Assembly: GCF_009914755.1 (NCBI RefSeq)
Contig: NC_060929.1
Origin: the human T2T-CHM13v2.0 reference genome, Homo sapiens
Strand: one strand, 5' to 3'
DNA length: 64,000 nucleotides
Below, piece after piece: positions 27,841-41,639 of this stretch. The translations under genes and the position numbers were made by a program. The notes below the pieces were generated by a model that searched no databases, was not told the DNA's origin, and worked only from the letters and a program-made list of their open reading frames with translations. The first letter of the stretch is position 1, and each line of letters opens with the position of its first letter.

Positions 27841-28524
27841 CCTACATGTCTATTTCTCAAAACAGCAACAAACAGAAAAACCCTAAGATAACACATCAAA
27901 CATCCTAGTCATGGTTTTACAGAGTCTGGGTCCATATGCAGTATTTGAACAGATAAACTGGTTTCTAGTATGTTGGCAAGGAAGGGGCAATCTTGCAAGG
28001 TGGATAGATCTAATCTGATTGTAAGGTGACTGAAATAACCAGACACCAGCCTCAGGGAGCCTCATTGCCAGTCCAGTTGTTTGCCTAATTTTAACCAGTG
28101 AATGAAGTAGATCCAATCCATTGGTTGACACTTAACTGCTGTTGATGGGGCTGAGAGGAAGAAAAACAAGTCCGTCCCCTCTCTTATATACCATCCTGTC
28201 CCCCAGTGCAATCTGAGTGCCGTGTAAATTTGGCAAAGGGATGTTTAGACAGCAAAGGTTATCAACAAAATGGTTATGGGCCAAGGGAATTTCACTGAAT
28301 AACCCTGTGGCTGGGAGTGACACTGGAATTAATTGTCTCCTAGTGTCCTGAAGAGTAGGCTTCCTAGGATGGTCTCCTTTTTTATGGTGGTGGTAATCTT
28401 TTTATTATTTTTCACGGTGGGTGATTCATTAAAAGAACAACTAAATGCAATTCAATTTCTAGGCCTTTGTAAGGTTTTTGGGTTTGGTTTTTGTTTTTTA
28501 ACATGAACCAGAGTTCTTTTTTCC

Positions 28525-28650
28525 ATCTCAGCTCTGTGAAAATGCCAACTGTGTGATTCTGAGCAAGTCGCCTAATCTCACTAGGGCTCAGTTTCTTCTC
28601 TGTAAGAGAGGGATCCACTATGTGACCCCTAAGGTCCTTTCTTGCTTTTA
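28525..28650 (+). mobile_element. MIR/MIR3 fragment
   Basis: tctcagctctg...tgtgtgattctgagcaagtcgcctaatctc...ctcagtttcttctctgtaa. Confidence 0.65.
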
Positions 28651-28681
28651 AGTCAAACTGATTCAGATGTTATTAACTGAC

Positions 28682-28700
28682 TAGTGCCCTCTACAGGCAA
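28682..28700 (-). promoter_or_regulatory. CTCF core motif match
   Basis: Minus strand TTGCCTGTAGAGGGCACTA matches CCASYAGRKGGCRS at 13/14 positions and has the terminal CTA. Motif evidence only. Confidence 0.55.
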
Positions 28701-29434
28701 CTTCCTCCACCGTGTAAGAATCCAGGAAGAGGATATTTGCAAAATTCTCTTATTATATTTAATGTTGTGACTTAGTGTGCAACATAATATTTTGTTATGT
28801 AATGAACCATGCTGTGAAGCAAATAAAAATGTTAGACTTCATCTAGACCTAATTTTACAGATAAAGAATATAAGGACCACCATGGCTGGGAACTTTTCCA
28901 GTTCCTTTGGGATAAGGCTGGGGCTTGGTTACAAATCCCTGATATTCAGCTTAATAGTGTCCAGTGGTGACCTTTCTAGTCTTTTATGGTTTTCTTCAAA
29001 ACTCTCTTTCCTTCACTTCTCAGATAACATTGGAACTCCGCATTTTCTAAATTTTCTATGTACTTACTATCCTTAACAGTTGATGAACTGTGGATTTTTC
29101 CACTAGAGTGGGAAATGGCTGTGTAGAAGTTGCCTGGTAATGATGTGAGCACCTCCTGTGAGGGTTACTTTCTTGCAACCTTTCCTGCTACTGATGTGAA
29201 GGTCCTTTACTGACATTGCTAGTGGAAAATGTATGCATGCTCAATATCTGATTGATTCACTTTTAGTTCAAGGACTGCAAAAATTTTTAATCCTTCATGC
29301 GGAGACCTACTCAGAAGTTGGGACACATTATTCATTTCTAAGGTGGAGGACGTAGAAAAAATGTCCTGGACAGCTTTCAGTGAAAATCTGGGTCTGCTTA
29401 AGCCTGCTTTAAAATTTTCTAAAATGAATTCATG

Positions 29435-29920
29435 TTTTAATTTTTATTATTACAAAAGCAGCATTTGTGCCTTGTCGAAAGTTATAAATTCAGATAAAGA
29501 AAAATAAGAAAACGATAGCACCATATTCCTACCACCCATAGATTACCACTGTTAACACCTGTGTGTATATCCTTAAAGCTTTTTCTATGCGTGTATAAAT
29601 ATACATATACATATTTTTACCAAAATGAGATCATGTTGTACATGCTGTTTGTAACCTGCTTTTTTTAGTTAATGATCTCCATCTTTCCTTGCCAATAAAT
29701 TTTCATCTTATCTAAAACCCAGTCTGTATTCAAATTCCTCCTGCTCGTCCCCAAAAATGTCCTTTCCAGTTGGTTTGTCCAAACCGAACTCAAACCTAGG
29801 GCCCTGCATTGCATCTAGTATTATGTCCCTTAAAGCTCTTTAATCTAGCATGGTTTCTTCCCTCCTTTTATTATTTTTTTCATGAAACTCCTTGTTGAAA
29901 AAAACAGGGAAGCTTTCTTT
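29435..29920 (-). mobile_element. Old L1 (L1ME/L1MC-like) 3' fragments
   Basis: accactgttaaca...aaatgagatcatg...gtaacctgctttttt; attcaaatt...ccccaaaaatgtcc...cattgcat. Confidence 0.65.
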
Positions 29921-30725
29921 TGTTTTTTTCTCTTTCAGATTTTGTTCTTTACATAAACCAGATTTTTTTTTTAAAATTGCCCAACTTTTTGCTGTATCTT
30001 CACCTGCAAGAGATACTGCCTTAATGGTATGACAGATGGTCAACTGCTGAAATGTAAAGATTTTCGTCTAAAATGAAATCTGTAAACCTGCTCAAAAGCC
30101 TGGAAAACATCTCTATTTTTCTTTAAGTTTCCCCTCTGCCTGTCCCTCCAGCCCAGAACAAAGGATAATCAGTCAAAACTTGTGTCAGGCCCTATGATAA
30201 GCTATAGTGGTGAACCAAACAGCCATGGTCCCTGTCCTCATGGAGCTTATAGTCTAGGGAGGGAATCTGACCTTCAGTTAATCATTAACATTAAATGCTT
30301 AATTAGGTGATGACAAAGACAAATGCTGAAAAGGCAAAGGATAGAGTATAAGGTGTCCAGGTGTGAGAGGTGGCTCAGGAAATAAAGGGGCCTTGTCTGG
30401 TATATTACAGCAGCCTTTTCCAGAGAAATGGCATTGAGATTAGAACTGGTTAAGAAGAGAGGAAGGAGAAGACTGTTTCAGGCAGTGAAACCAGCATTTG
30501 CCAAGGTGCTGAGGTTTAGGAGTAGTTTCTAGCATGGCTGGGATAAAGGGGATTAGGGGAAAAATGGAATGAGATAAAGCTGGAAAGGAAGGCATGCAGC
30601 AGCTCATTCAGAGCTTATAGGCCATGTGAACAACTTTGGGCTTAATTATGTGGGCAAGGGGGAGCAATGAAGAGCTCTGAGATTTATATTTTACTAAGAT
30701 CAGGCTGACTATTGTGTAAAGAGTA

Positions 30726-31081
30726 TGTATTAGTTCGTTTTCACACTGCTGATAAAGACATAACAGAGACTGGGTAATTTCCAAAAGAAAGAGGTTTAAT
30801 TCAACTCACAGTTCCATGTGGGTGGAGAAGCCTCACAATCATGGTGGAAGGCAAGGAGGAGCAAGTCATGGCTTACATGGATGGAGCAGGCAAAGAGAGA
30901 GAGCTTGTTCAGTGGAACCCCTCTTTTTAAAACCATCAGATCTCATAAGACTTATTCACTATCACGAGAACAGCACGAGAAAGACCTGCCCTCATGATTC
31001 GGTTACCTCCCACCAGGTCCCTCCCACAACACATGGGAATTCAAGATGAGATTTGGACAGGGACACAGCCAAACCATATCA
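30726..31081 (-). mobile_element. THE1B solo LTR
   Basis: tgtattagttcgttttcacactgctgataaagacata...gacacagccaaaccatatca; perfect 5-bp TSD gagta at 30721-30725 and 31082-31086. Confidence 0.95.
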
Positions 31082-31312
31082 GAGTACATGAAAGAGATAG
31101 GACTGGGCACGAATTACCAGTTAGAAGGCCACTGTGGTTGCGCCACTGAGAGATGATAGCTTGGCCTAAAGTAATGGCTGGAATGGATTGAAGAGGAGTG
31201 ATTTCAGAGATATTTAGTGAATCAGCAAGTGGAACCAAAAAGACTTGAGGACTGATTGGATGAGGAGAGGTTAGGGAGAGGTAAAGGAAGGAGAGGAGCT
31301 AAGGATGATATA

Positions 31313-31790
31313 TCTGTCAGCATTGTTTCTGTAGGGGTGATTGCAATCCCATTCAAACTGGCTTAAGCCTAAATGAAAATTTATTGATTCAAGTGAAGGA
31401 GAAGTCCTTGGGGTAGATCAGATACTTCATATATGGCTGGATCCAGGAGTTCAGATGATGTCTTCTAGAGTAGCTCTCTTTTGAATTCTTTATCTGGTGT
31501 AATGGCTTCACTCTCTGGAAAGCTCTCCTTGTGGTGGCAAAATAGCTGCTGGCAGCTCTAGGTTCACATCCTCAGAGGTTAGCAACTCCAGAAGAAGGCA
31601 ACTTCTCAATAGTTTCAGGAAACTTCCTAGAATTGAGCCTTATTGGCTAGTCCTGGGTAACATGTTTACCCATGGAGCTAACAGGTAGGATTAATCTCAC
31701 CTGGAGTAAAGACATTGTGAGCAGGAAAGGAAATTTGAAGAGCTATTCCCAGTACAAAGGTGAATGAGTGCTAAGTAGGCAAGAATGACA
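31313..31790 (-). mobile_element. Old MaLR LTR (MLT1J/K/L-like)
   Basis: tcaaactggcttaagc...aatttattg...ggctggatccagg...ggtggcaaaatagctgctggcagctc. Confidence 0.65.
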
Positions 31791-33384
31791 GTACTAATAA
31801 GGAGTCCAGGTAACTCTGAGGATTTTTACAGGCAAAACTGAGTGGATGGCGGAGGGATGGGGGTAGGGTTTATTCATTGAAGGAAGGGTAGAGTGTTGAG
31901 GGGAAAGATCACAAGTTCAGGTTTGCACATGTTCTTTTTGAGGCCTATTATCACATGGGGATATCAAGTGGGCAGATGGATCCATGAGTCTGATCCATGA
32001 GTATCAGTAGAAAATTCTTGGCAGTAGTTCAAGTTCCTGGAGTTATCACTGCACAGGATATGGACAGGATCATCTGAGGAGCGAGTCAGATGAGAAAAGG
32101 AAATTTAATGTCTGGGTAGAGGAAGAGGCTGCGGAGCCCAGAATAAAAGAAGGTCCTATCAGCTAGTTAGAAAGAAACCTAGCGGGAATGGTGCCATCAA
32201 AGTCAAGCCTCTGTCATGACAGTGAGTATGGAATGATTAACTATATGCCATGCCTCTGAGAGAGAAAATCAGATGCAGAAGTGTTCCTCAAATGTAGCAG
32301 CACTGAGATTGTTGGTGACCTTAGTCAGTGGAACAGGTGTCCTTAGAGCATTGGGGAAGGAAGCCAGGTTTGGTAGGTGGTGGAAGGGTGAATCAGAGTT
32401 GAAAATATGGTAAAGATTAGAAATTTACTATGAAGAAATGGAGATTGACAAAAGAATGGCAAGAGTAGGCAAAGGGGGTCTAGGAGGGGTTTTTGTTTTA
32501 TGTTTTAAAAGAGACACTTGAACTTATTGAGAGGAAAGTTGGAAACACAAGCTAAAAGACAGAAGATGGGATCCACGGCATGGGTGGATGGAGAGATGTT
32601 GGAATTGAGAGGGACCATGTCCTCCACTGTACCTGGAAGCAAAAGGATGAACACAAAAGCAGGAAAGTTTGTATAGATCTCATGGCCAGAAATTGAAGTT
32701 GTTTCCATGTAATGGTTTCTATTATTTCTGTGAAGTAGGAAGTTACATTGTCTCCTTAAAGCGAGCAAGAAATCCAAGGTTTGAAGAGAACAGAGAGATT
32801 TGAAACAGAGTGTAGAAAAACAAACCAGAGGTAGAGTAGGATTTCAGAGCAGTGCCTGTGGCCCAGCAGGGGAGGAATTGGCCTCATCAGATCGGTTGGT
32901 GATTTCCCGCAGCAGTGCCCAGCAGCCTGAGCGCTCAACCTGAGAAGATGAACAGTGAGTCATTCAGATATGATGAAAGAGCACAGGAAAAAGGAGCTGA
33001 TGGTAGAGTCAAACCCCACCACAACATTATATGTGAGATCCAAAAACTGAATTGCATAAAATGGAGAGCCTTGTTATAACTAGGTTAGTGAAATGAGGAT
33101 AGGGACTGGGTGGAAGGTGGGAGCCAAACACCAATTACAGGCTGCTAACTTCGCACTGCAACAGGAGGTACCATCATGGGGGTTTTACTACATTTGCAAG
33201 GGAAAGATTGAAAGGATGAACCATAGAGTTCATGTTAGGAAGGAAGGGAGTGAGGAACGGTGGGTGCTAAGGACAGGAAGAAGGAGGAGTTGACAAGAGA
33301 AGGTTCCAAAGAGGTGGGGGAACAGGCATGGAAAACATAGAGGGCTGGCCAACAGTGACACAGAATCAGGCTTGGGAAAGAAGG

Positions 33385-33570
33385 GCAGCCCTGGGCCATG
33401 GAAGCACACTGACCTAGGTGTTCAAAGACCTAGGTTCTAGTCCCAGCTCCACCACTTATTACCCATGTGGCCCTGACTCCAGATTCCTCATTTAAAAACT
33501 GGGAATAATGGCATCTTTCCTGTTCACCTCACTGAGCTGTCGTCACCAATTATCTGAAGTGCTTTAAAAG
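33385..33570 (+). mobile_element. MIR
   Basis: gacctaggttctagtcccagctccaccactta...ttcctcatttaaaaactgggaataat. Confidence 0.7.
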
Positions 33571-34039
33571 TGTGAGCTCTATTAGAAAACAGACCCAACA
33601 GTCTCTGGTTTCCTTTGTGGCAGAGAGGGGGTGTATGGAAAGGGAGGTGGTTACCCACAGACCCACCACCAAAAAGTGCTGGCCTCGCATGCGTGCAGTG
33701 CTTAGGTTAGGGAAGGAAAAACAGACACTGCATCTTCTGCCTTTAGCTGCTGCTGTTTACCAACAGGCTGTTCCTCAGCAGTGCTGTGGTTCTATTTTAA
33801 TTTTTAATTGTTTGTTTTTATTCCATAACAATCAGACCTTCCTGGATCATTCATACACATCAAAACATCAGATGAGAGACACACAGCCCAAAGCCCTGAT
33901 GCTTGCAGTGATACTCTGCAGGAGGCTACCCTATGTCTCCCCAACATTGGCCCTGTGTTTTTAACCCTTTATTCCTTTCCTTTTCTCCTTATTCTCCTTT
34001 TCCTATTAATCCCCCACTCTGGAAAAAAAAACATCCTTT

Positions 34040-34905
34040 TCTTTCTGTGGCCATCCATGTTTCAGTAAATGGCACTACTATCTGCCAAGTTGTTCAAGTC
34101 AAAACGTGAGAGTCTTTCATAATTCCAATCTTTCCCTCATATCCAATTCATTGTTACATCTGGTTGACAACTTCCAAGAGAAAGTCACTTTTTACCACCT
34201 TTATGGCCATCACCACAGTCCAGCAACCAGCATCTCTCTGTTTTTGTTTGCTTGTTTGTTTTTCAGGGACAGGGTCTCTTGCCCAGGCTGGAACACAGTG
34301 GAATGATCACAGCTCACTGGATTCTTGAACTCCTGAGCTCAAACAGTCCTCCCACCTCAGTCTCCCAAGTAGCTGGGACTACAAGCACACACCACCACAT
34401 TTGGTTAATTAAAAAAAATTTTTTTTTTGTAGAGACTGGGTTTTGCTATATTGTTCAGGCTGGTCTCGAACTCCTGGCCTCAAGCAATTGTCCCACCTTG
34501 TCCTCTCGAACTGTTGGGATTCCAGGCGTGAGCCACCGCACCCAGCCAGCACCCATTGCATGGACAACTGTGATAACCTCTTATCTGGTCTTCCTATTTT
34601 TGTGTTTACCTGCCTACAATCCATTCTCCCCACAATCCGTTCTCTAAAGTCATCTTTTAAAAACACATGTCAGATGCCACTGAAAATGAAATCTGTCCCT
34701 CCCCCCGCCAACTACTTCAGTCAAGCCACCTGGGTCCTTTTTTGGGTCCTTGCTCTTGCCAAGCTTGTTTTAGCCTTGGGCCCTTTGCCACAGCTGTCCT
34801 CTTGCTTTGGAATGTTGTTCTCCCTGATCCCAGTTCTTTCTTGTTATTCAAATCTTAGATTTAATGCTACCTCCCCAGAGAGAGTCTTTCCCTGGCCACT
34901 CAGCC
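34040..34905 (+). mobile_element. L2 fragment split by AluJ
   Basis: tcagtaaatggcactac...; tggacaactgtgataacctc...tggtcttcct...caatccattctcc; gggccctttgcc. Confidence 0.7.
34239..34547 (-). mobile_element. AluJ
   Basis: cagggtctc...gatcacagctcactg...ctcctggcctcaagc...gtgagccaccgcacccagcc; J-type diagnostics and high divergence. Confidence 0.92.
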
Positions 34906-35448
34906 AAAAGTAGGTTGGATTATTTCATCTGTCTCACAGAAACATACACATCTTTTATCCTGTCCTGTCTCGTCTACCTCTTTCCCTGTTTCATTCTTTA
35001 AAAGGTTCTCTTTAACCCATTTCTTAAGTTAGCCTGTGATGTATATTAGACATCACTTAGAATCCTCTAAGCACCACCCATGGGGCTAAATTCATGGAGC
35101 AACCATATTGGCTTGGGGGTCACACATACTCCTCCCTTCCTACCTCTGTCCCTCTCTTCCTTCCTCTTGCCCTCCTTCTCTCCCCTTTTCCTTCATTCCT
35201 TCCCTCCTTTCCTCCCTCTTGTTGACATAATTAATTTGTAGGCTCTAATGAGCTGTTAGACTCGTGTTTTTAAACATCAAGGCAGTTATGGCCTAAGGAC
35301 GGGAGGACCAAATTTGAAGTCCAAAGACTCAGGAGACTCAAGGGAAATTCTGTTTCCCTCCTATTTGTTTCTGAGCCCCAGTTTTCGTATATTTGAAGTG
35401 GTAGTAAAAACTACTATTTTACAGGTTTTTGCTGAGTGAGACAGTAGG

Positions 35449-35886
35449 TGTATCAGTTATTTACTGCCACAATATGTAATAACCACCCCAAAGCTTAGTG
35501 GCTTAAGCCAGCCATTTGGTGTTTCTCACACCTCTGTGGGTCAGCTGGGAAGTTTTGCTGATCTGGACTAGGCTCAGTCATGTATCTGCAATCAGCTGCC
35601 CACTCACCTGGGGTCTAGCTGGCTTAAGATGGCCTTCAGCTGACGCCACTCATCTCTGTTCCATATAGTTTCATCTCTCCCAGCAGGCTAGTCTGGGTTT
35701 GTGTTTCTGGTGGTGGCAAGGTTCCGAGAGAGCAATCAGACACCTTTAAGCACATTTCAAGTTTCTGCTTGCATCAAGTTTGCTACTATCCCATTGTCTA
35801 AACAAGTCTAATGGCTAAGCCCACTGCCAAAGGGCATGAATACAGGGATATGTGCAAAATCCTTGTCCAATAACACAACCCACCAA
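35449..35886 (-). mobile_element. MLT1H-like MaLR LTR
   Basis: tgtatcagttat...aaccaccccaaagcttagtggcttaa...cagcaggctag...tgcatcaagtttgcta...cccattg. Confidence 0.8.
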
Positions 35887-36555
35887 AATTGAATTGAATA
35901 ATAGTGATGTGGTGCTTCCTCTCTTCCTTAATCTTCCTCAGCAGCCTTGAGCACTCTTTCTGATACGCTTTCATGATAGAAGTTATTGATAATTCCTAAC
36001 ATTTCCTAGACTCTATGTGCTGGGGCGCTCCAGATACAGCAGTGAATGTACAAAGTCTATTACATTTTAATGGTGGGGAACAGAGAGTGAATAAGTAAAG
36101 ATTAAAATATACCCAATTCCACATACTGATGTGTGCTCTAAAAATACTCCTTTATATTTCTTTATGAGTGTGTTTTCCACACTATACCAGCATCGATCTC
36201 CTTTAGGACAGAGACTAAGTTTTCATCTTTGCACCTCAAGTCTCTAGTATGGTGCCTGGCTCCATAAGTGTTCAGTAAATAATAAACCTGCCAGTGGGCA
36301 GGAGAGCTCTGCAGAAGGCTTGGCAGTGAGGGGTGTGGAGCCATGGACTCTGCCCTGGCAGTAGCTATTTGTTTTCAAGAGCTCATTCCTGTCAAGTCTT
36401 ATGTTTTCCTATGGGAAGGACTTCCCTTTCTCCCTGACGTGCCCTTCTCTCAGTAAGTCTCTATAGGGATGCCCCCTGGCTCCAATGTCTATCACAATGG
36501 TGATTCTGACCAATGGCTTGGTCAGCATTTACCCAGAACTGCTTCTCTCCTATAA

Positions 36556-36977
<422 letters not shown>

Positions 36978-37171
36978 CTAGGTGTTTTCCTCACTTCCAT
37001 TTGGGATTGTGATGGTGGAAATTAATCATCTTAAGTAGAAAGGCTCCATGGTATCCCACCTCTCTCAATGTGAATGAGAGATAGACTAAAATTTATGAGT
37101 TTTGCCATTAAGCATTAGCGTTCCTTCATCACCTGGCTTGATTCTAGACCCTCTATTTACATGTTATTCAA

Positions 37172-37480
37172 GGCCAGGCATGGTGGCTCATGCCTGTAAT
37201 CCCAGCATTTTGGGAGGCCAAGGCAGGAGGACTGCTTGAGCCCAGGAGTTTGAGACCAGCCTGGGCAACATGGTGAAACCGTGTGTCTATAAAAAGTACA
37301 AAAATTATCTGGGCATGGTGGTGTGCACCTGTAGTCCCAGCTACTTGGGAGGCTGAGGTGGGCATTGCTTGAGCCTGGGAGGTTGAGGCTGCAGTGAGCC
37401 AAAATCACGCCACTGTACTCCAGCCTGGGCAATGGGAGTGAGACCATGTCTTAATAATAAATAAATAAATATATTTAAAA
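37172..37480 (+). mobile_element. AluJ (Jb-like)
   Basis: ggaggactgcttgagcccaggagtttgagaccagcctgggcaac; TSD tgttattcaa at 37162-37171 and 37483-37492. Confidence 0.95.
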
Positions 37481-37846
37481 ATTGTTATTCAAGGCCTCTT
37501 TCCATAGACTAGTATGCCCACTTGAAGACATTGACTAGTTTAAAAAGTACAAATGTGGCTACTTGGCGGGTTTCTGACTGTTTAGCTGCTGAGCCTCCTC
37601 CTCCACTGAGGGCAATCCCACAGCATGAGTCTTGGTAGAAGACAGAACCTGCCTCCTGCCCTAGAAACTGAGAAAGCCAGAGTCTAACTTTCCTTCTCCT
37701 CACTGGCAGAGTGTGTGTGAGCAGCCTAGCCAATCAGATGCTCCAACCTGGGGCAGTGGAGCATTCTTCTCCCAGTGACCAAGGGAGCAGGGGTCACAGC
37801 ACCAGCAGGAAGCAATATCTAACAACCAGCACCCAGAGGGACTATC

Positions 37847-38276
37847 TGTTATGGGTTGAATTTTGTCCCCTACCCCCTAAACTCATATGCTGAATATCTA
37901 ACCCCAAGTATCTAAGAATGTGAGCAGATTTGGAGATGGGGTCTTTGCAGAGGTAATCAGGTTACAGTGAGGTTATTGGGGTGAGCCCTAATCCTACAGG
38001 ACTGATTATAAAAAAGGGAAACTTAGACACAGAGACATACACAGAGGGAAGACACTGTGAAGAGACGTACAGGGAGGATGCCAAGTGAACATGAAGACAC
38101 CATCTCCAAGCCAAGGAGAGCAGCCTGGATCAGATCCCTCACAGCCCTCAGAAGGAACCAACCCTGTGGACACGTTGATCATGGACTTCCAGCCTCCAGA
38201 GCTGTGAGAATGTGCCTCTTACCTAAGCCACACAGTCTGTGGCACTTTGTTACAGCAGTTCAGGCAACCTAAGACA
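37847..38276 (+). mobile_element. MLT1B-like MaLR solo LTR
   Basis: tgttatgggttgaatt...cagccctcagaaggaaccaaccctg...ggacttccagcctccaga...ctaagaca; TSD ctatc / ccatc. Confidence 0.9.
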
Positions 38277-39309
38277 CCATCCTTACCAAAAAATTCTTGT
38301 GGTATGATTTTAGCTCTGATCCTTCATGATTCTCCATTTTCAGGCATTTGTGAAGCTATTAAATATCTTTTCAAGAAATTATGTTTTAGTAAAATCTGAC
38401 CAAAGTTTGTTTTGTTTCTAATTAAGAAAACCAACAAGTACAAATACCATGTTCTGAAGCATTCTTCCTCTATAGGGACCTCTGGGTTCTTTTTTCTTCC
38501 TCTTTCATTGAAACAGCCCATGCTTCTGAGCTCCCTGGTCCAGCCAAGGTTTTGTAGGATTGGGATATCTGCACTTCTTCTGTGCTTAGTGGGCTTTTAA
38601 CTAATCTAGTCCTGCTTCTCCCTTCAAACTTGATAATAAAAATGCAGTTTTCTTATACGACTCACCTCAGGGTTGACTGATTGTTGACCGTCTTCATTTA
38701 AATCATCCAGGATCAGTTATCATTCAAGTTGTACCACAGAGGGCTAATGTGCCTCCTGCAACATGGTACACTCTGCAAATATCAACAGGTTATCCCTGGC
38801 CCCAGTCCCTCAGGTTTTCCAACATTAAATGGAACACCAATTTTATTCCTGTGCCAGGATGTGTTTTCTGAGTAATTTACTCTGCTATCTTTACTTTGGG
38901 TTTGTTCACATTAACACCCTAACTTGAACTCCCCATTGCTGATACATTTTGATACAATGTCCAGATTAATAGTGTTCAATTTCTTGTAAATATTTGACAC
39001 TGAGGATGTGAAACCACGGGGTAGCTGGGGATGTCTTGTGTCATCATTGGGTTGCACAGGCTCAAAACGCTGGTGAATTGAAGTTTTATTTTGTTGGCTG
39101 CTGGGATATCTCACAATTCAAGATATTTTTTAAAGAGAAAAATAACTACAATAGGAGTGGAAATTATTAAGCTCAGGTTCTCTATTTCAAGTTCAAAGGA
39201 AAGAAGGAGGAAAGAGGAAAAGACGGAGTGTGGTGTCAGTTTTTTCCCCCACTTTTATTTTCCAAAAAAAAAAAAAATGTAGAGAATTAACCTCTTTCCT
39301 AACAAAGAA

Positions 39310-39500
39310 AGAACCACGTGCTAGGCATGATGTTGACTGCTTCACAAATACTGTCCCATGTAATTCTTGCAACTGTCCTCCAACATAGTTACTAGCATTA
39401 TCATTCCCATTTTCCAGATGAGCAAACATGTTCTCACACTGTTAGTTAGCCAAGTCAGCATCCTATATTATTCCAAAGCTTTCTCTTTCTACTGCACAGG
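39310..39500 (-). mobile_element. MIR
   Basis: cattatcattcccattttccagatgagcaaac. Confidence 0.6.
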
Positions 39501-40874
39501 TTAAAGGGGGACATGTTTTCAGCATCACCCAAGAAACCCTAGAAGTAACAGTAATAGTATTCCTTTTGTTCAGAGTAGCTGGAGATTCAACAGGACAGGA
39601 AAATTGAGTGGCTTCTGAAAGAAGCCAACAATGCTGGATCGCGTTATCACTCTTGAGACCCTCCCTCTTCTTTCAACTCATCCCTGACAACACAGGTAGA
39701 GAAACGTGTTCTGGTGTCCTCTCCTGCCTGTTCAAGCTCCAGGCTTTGATTTGTTTTGTCTATTTTGAGTGTCCAAGCATTTTGCTTCTTTTCCACTCTT
39801 CTTTTTTTTCTAGCTGCCTATTTTAGAGTTTATAGTTTAAGAATATTTGGTATATATTCTATAGCCATTGGTGGCTGTGACCTCTTGTTTTTTTCTGGGG
39901 GAAAAGACTGCATGGATGAGTGATCTTGAGCAAGTCACTTAACCCCTTGAAACTCTGGTGATTTTATCTGTAGAGATGAAGGTCCCGGACGTGGCTGACA
40001 GCAGGGGCCACCTAGACCCCCTGTTCCACACCAATGGAGATATGTCACATATCTTGCTTGTGACATGAATAGTGATCCACTATTACAAATATATGCCTTC
40101 AAGAGAGCCATCTTATAGTGGGAATTCTGAATGGCATTTGTGGTTGGTAAACAGCACCAATTTTGGGAGGTGAGGGAGATCAGACATCACGGCAGGCCCA
40201 CTATGTACTTGCCACTGGCCACATTCACTCAAATACTATATTTAAAAATTAGTCTCTTGAATCTTATTACATAGGAAGAAAGTTTTGCTGTAGCACCTTT
40301 AACACCAGGACATGAAGTACACTTTGACCTGGAAGTGCAAGGCTAGGTAATTTTATAAGTGGAGTTTGACCTAATCATTCATTTTTAAATCAAATCCTTC
40401 CATTTTGGAGGTTTCAAAGGCATCGTGGGATATTCTCTAGGAAATATTCTTGAAATATTTGAACTTACTGTTGAATAAATGAAGCAAGAAGCTATATTAG
40501 GCCTCTCTCATACTACTGTCCAGAACACAGGAATAGCCTTCCCTTTGGGGCACTTATTTGAATTGTAGATTTGAGCCTATGAACTTGAGAGAGGTCTCTG
40601 TTAGGGGTGAGAGGGAGCTGCATCTTTAAGGATGCTGTAAGTTACTACCATGGTGTGAACTGAAGACTTTTATTCCCCTTCTTTCCATGGGAAAGAAAAG
40701 ATGGAGCCAACTGATGGATAAATATTTCTCTAGGTAGCAAGGGGAAAAACCTACTCTTATGGTTGAAACTTCCTTTTATTACCTCCTAACCAGAATTTTT
40801 AGCTTCCAACAATACTAGGTTTCCTAGTGAGAAAATGTTATTGTCTCTTTAAGAAAGATTGTGGTCACGGTAGT

Positions 40875-41125
40875 AGTAGTGCTAATAATGACCATAGCAA
40901 CAATAATAACATGTAACATTAACTAGGTATTTACATGTTCCAGACATCTTTAAGTGCTTTACATATATTAACTTACATAATTCTCACAATAATCATTATC
41001 TAGATGTTACTATTATTTTATTAGCAAATGAGAAAACTGAGACACAGAGAAATAAAGTGTCTTCCCCAAGGTCACACAATTGGTGGAGTTGGGATTTGAA
41101 CCCAGGAAGTACAGTTATATAGCTC
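40875..41125 (-). mobile_element. MIR
   Basis: aagtgctttacatatattaact...atgagaaaactgagacacaga...cccaaggtcacaca...gggatttgaacccagg. Confidence 0.85.
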
Positions 41126-41639
41126 TTTGTGTAATATTACTTACTACACAAAAAGCCAGTGGTACCCATTTCCTCTGGAGTCTTCCCAGCTCCACCTCTG
41201 ATCTGTGACTGAGAGTGATTCCTGCTAGGCTCACTGAAGTCACTCCTAGTGGATCCTCTCCTTGGACATAGCTCTATTCCAGGAACCACTCTCAGCTGCT
41301 GCTTCATTGAGGTAGTTTCTGCCATTAGAAGTGGCTTCCATCATCACCTCTTGGCTGTTGCCAGTGAATGGTGGCTCTGGTCATCCACTCCTGCCAACAT
41401 CAGTTTTAGTGCCCTCTTAGTTTCTGCTGCTCCTATAACAATATCCATGTATCTCAGTCCTCAGTGCCATCTCTGGAGAGTAGCTTAACAAAGCTACAAT
41501 GTTTTAGTGCAGGATCTTAAAGATAGCATCAAGGAAACAACTCTACCCATTCCCTTACATCCCCTTTGTTCTTTGAGAACAAAGGGCTATAGGACCCAAT
41601 AATTATATATACCTGTGTGTATATTACTTTTGAATTTAC

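Larger units (their letters stand above)
30180..32400 (-). mobile_element. Long L2 fragment interrupted by two MaLR LTRs
   Basis: atggtccctgtcctcatggagcttatagtctaggg, taggccatgtgaa, tgattggatg, ttggtgaccttag, all in antisense L2 order. Confidence 0.75.

Noticed and set aside
33686-33693. NRF1-like CGCATGCG
   Set aside because: Flanking bases do not fit GCGCATGCGC and there is no CpG-island context.
34252-34913. Overlapping 131-aa and 156-aa ORFs
   Set aside because: They are translations of antisense AluJ plus L2, typical Alu-derived artefacts. The same applies to ORFs at 36615, 41902 and 44351.
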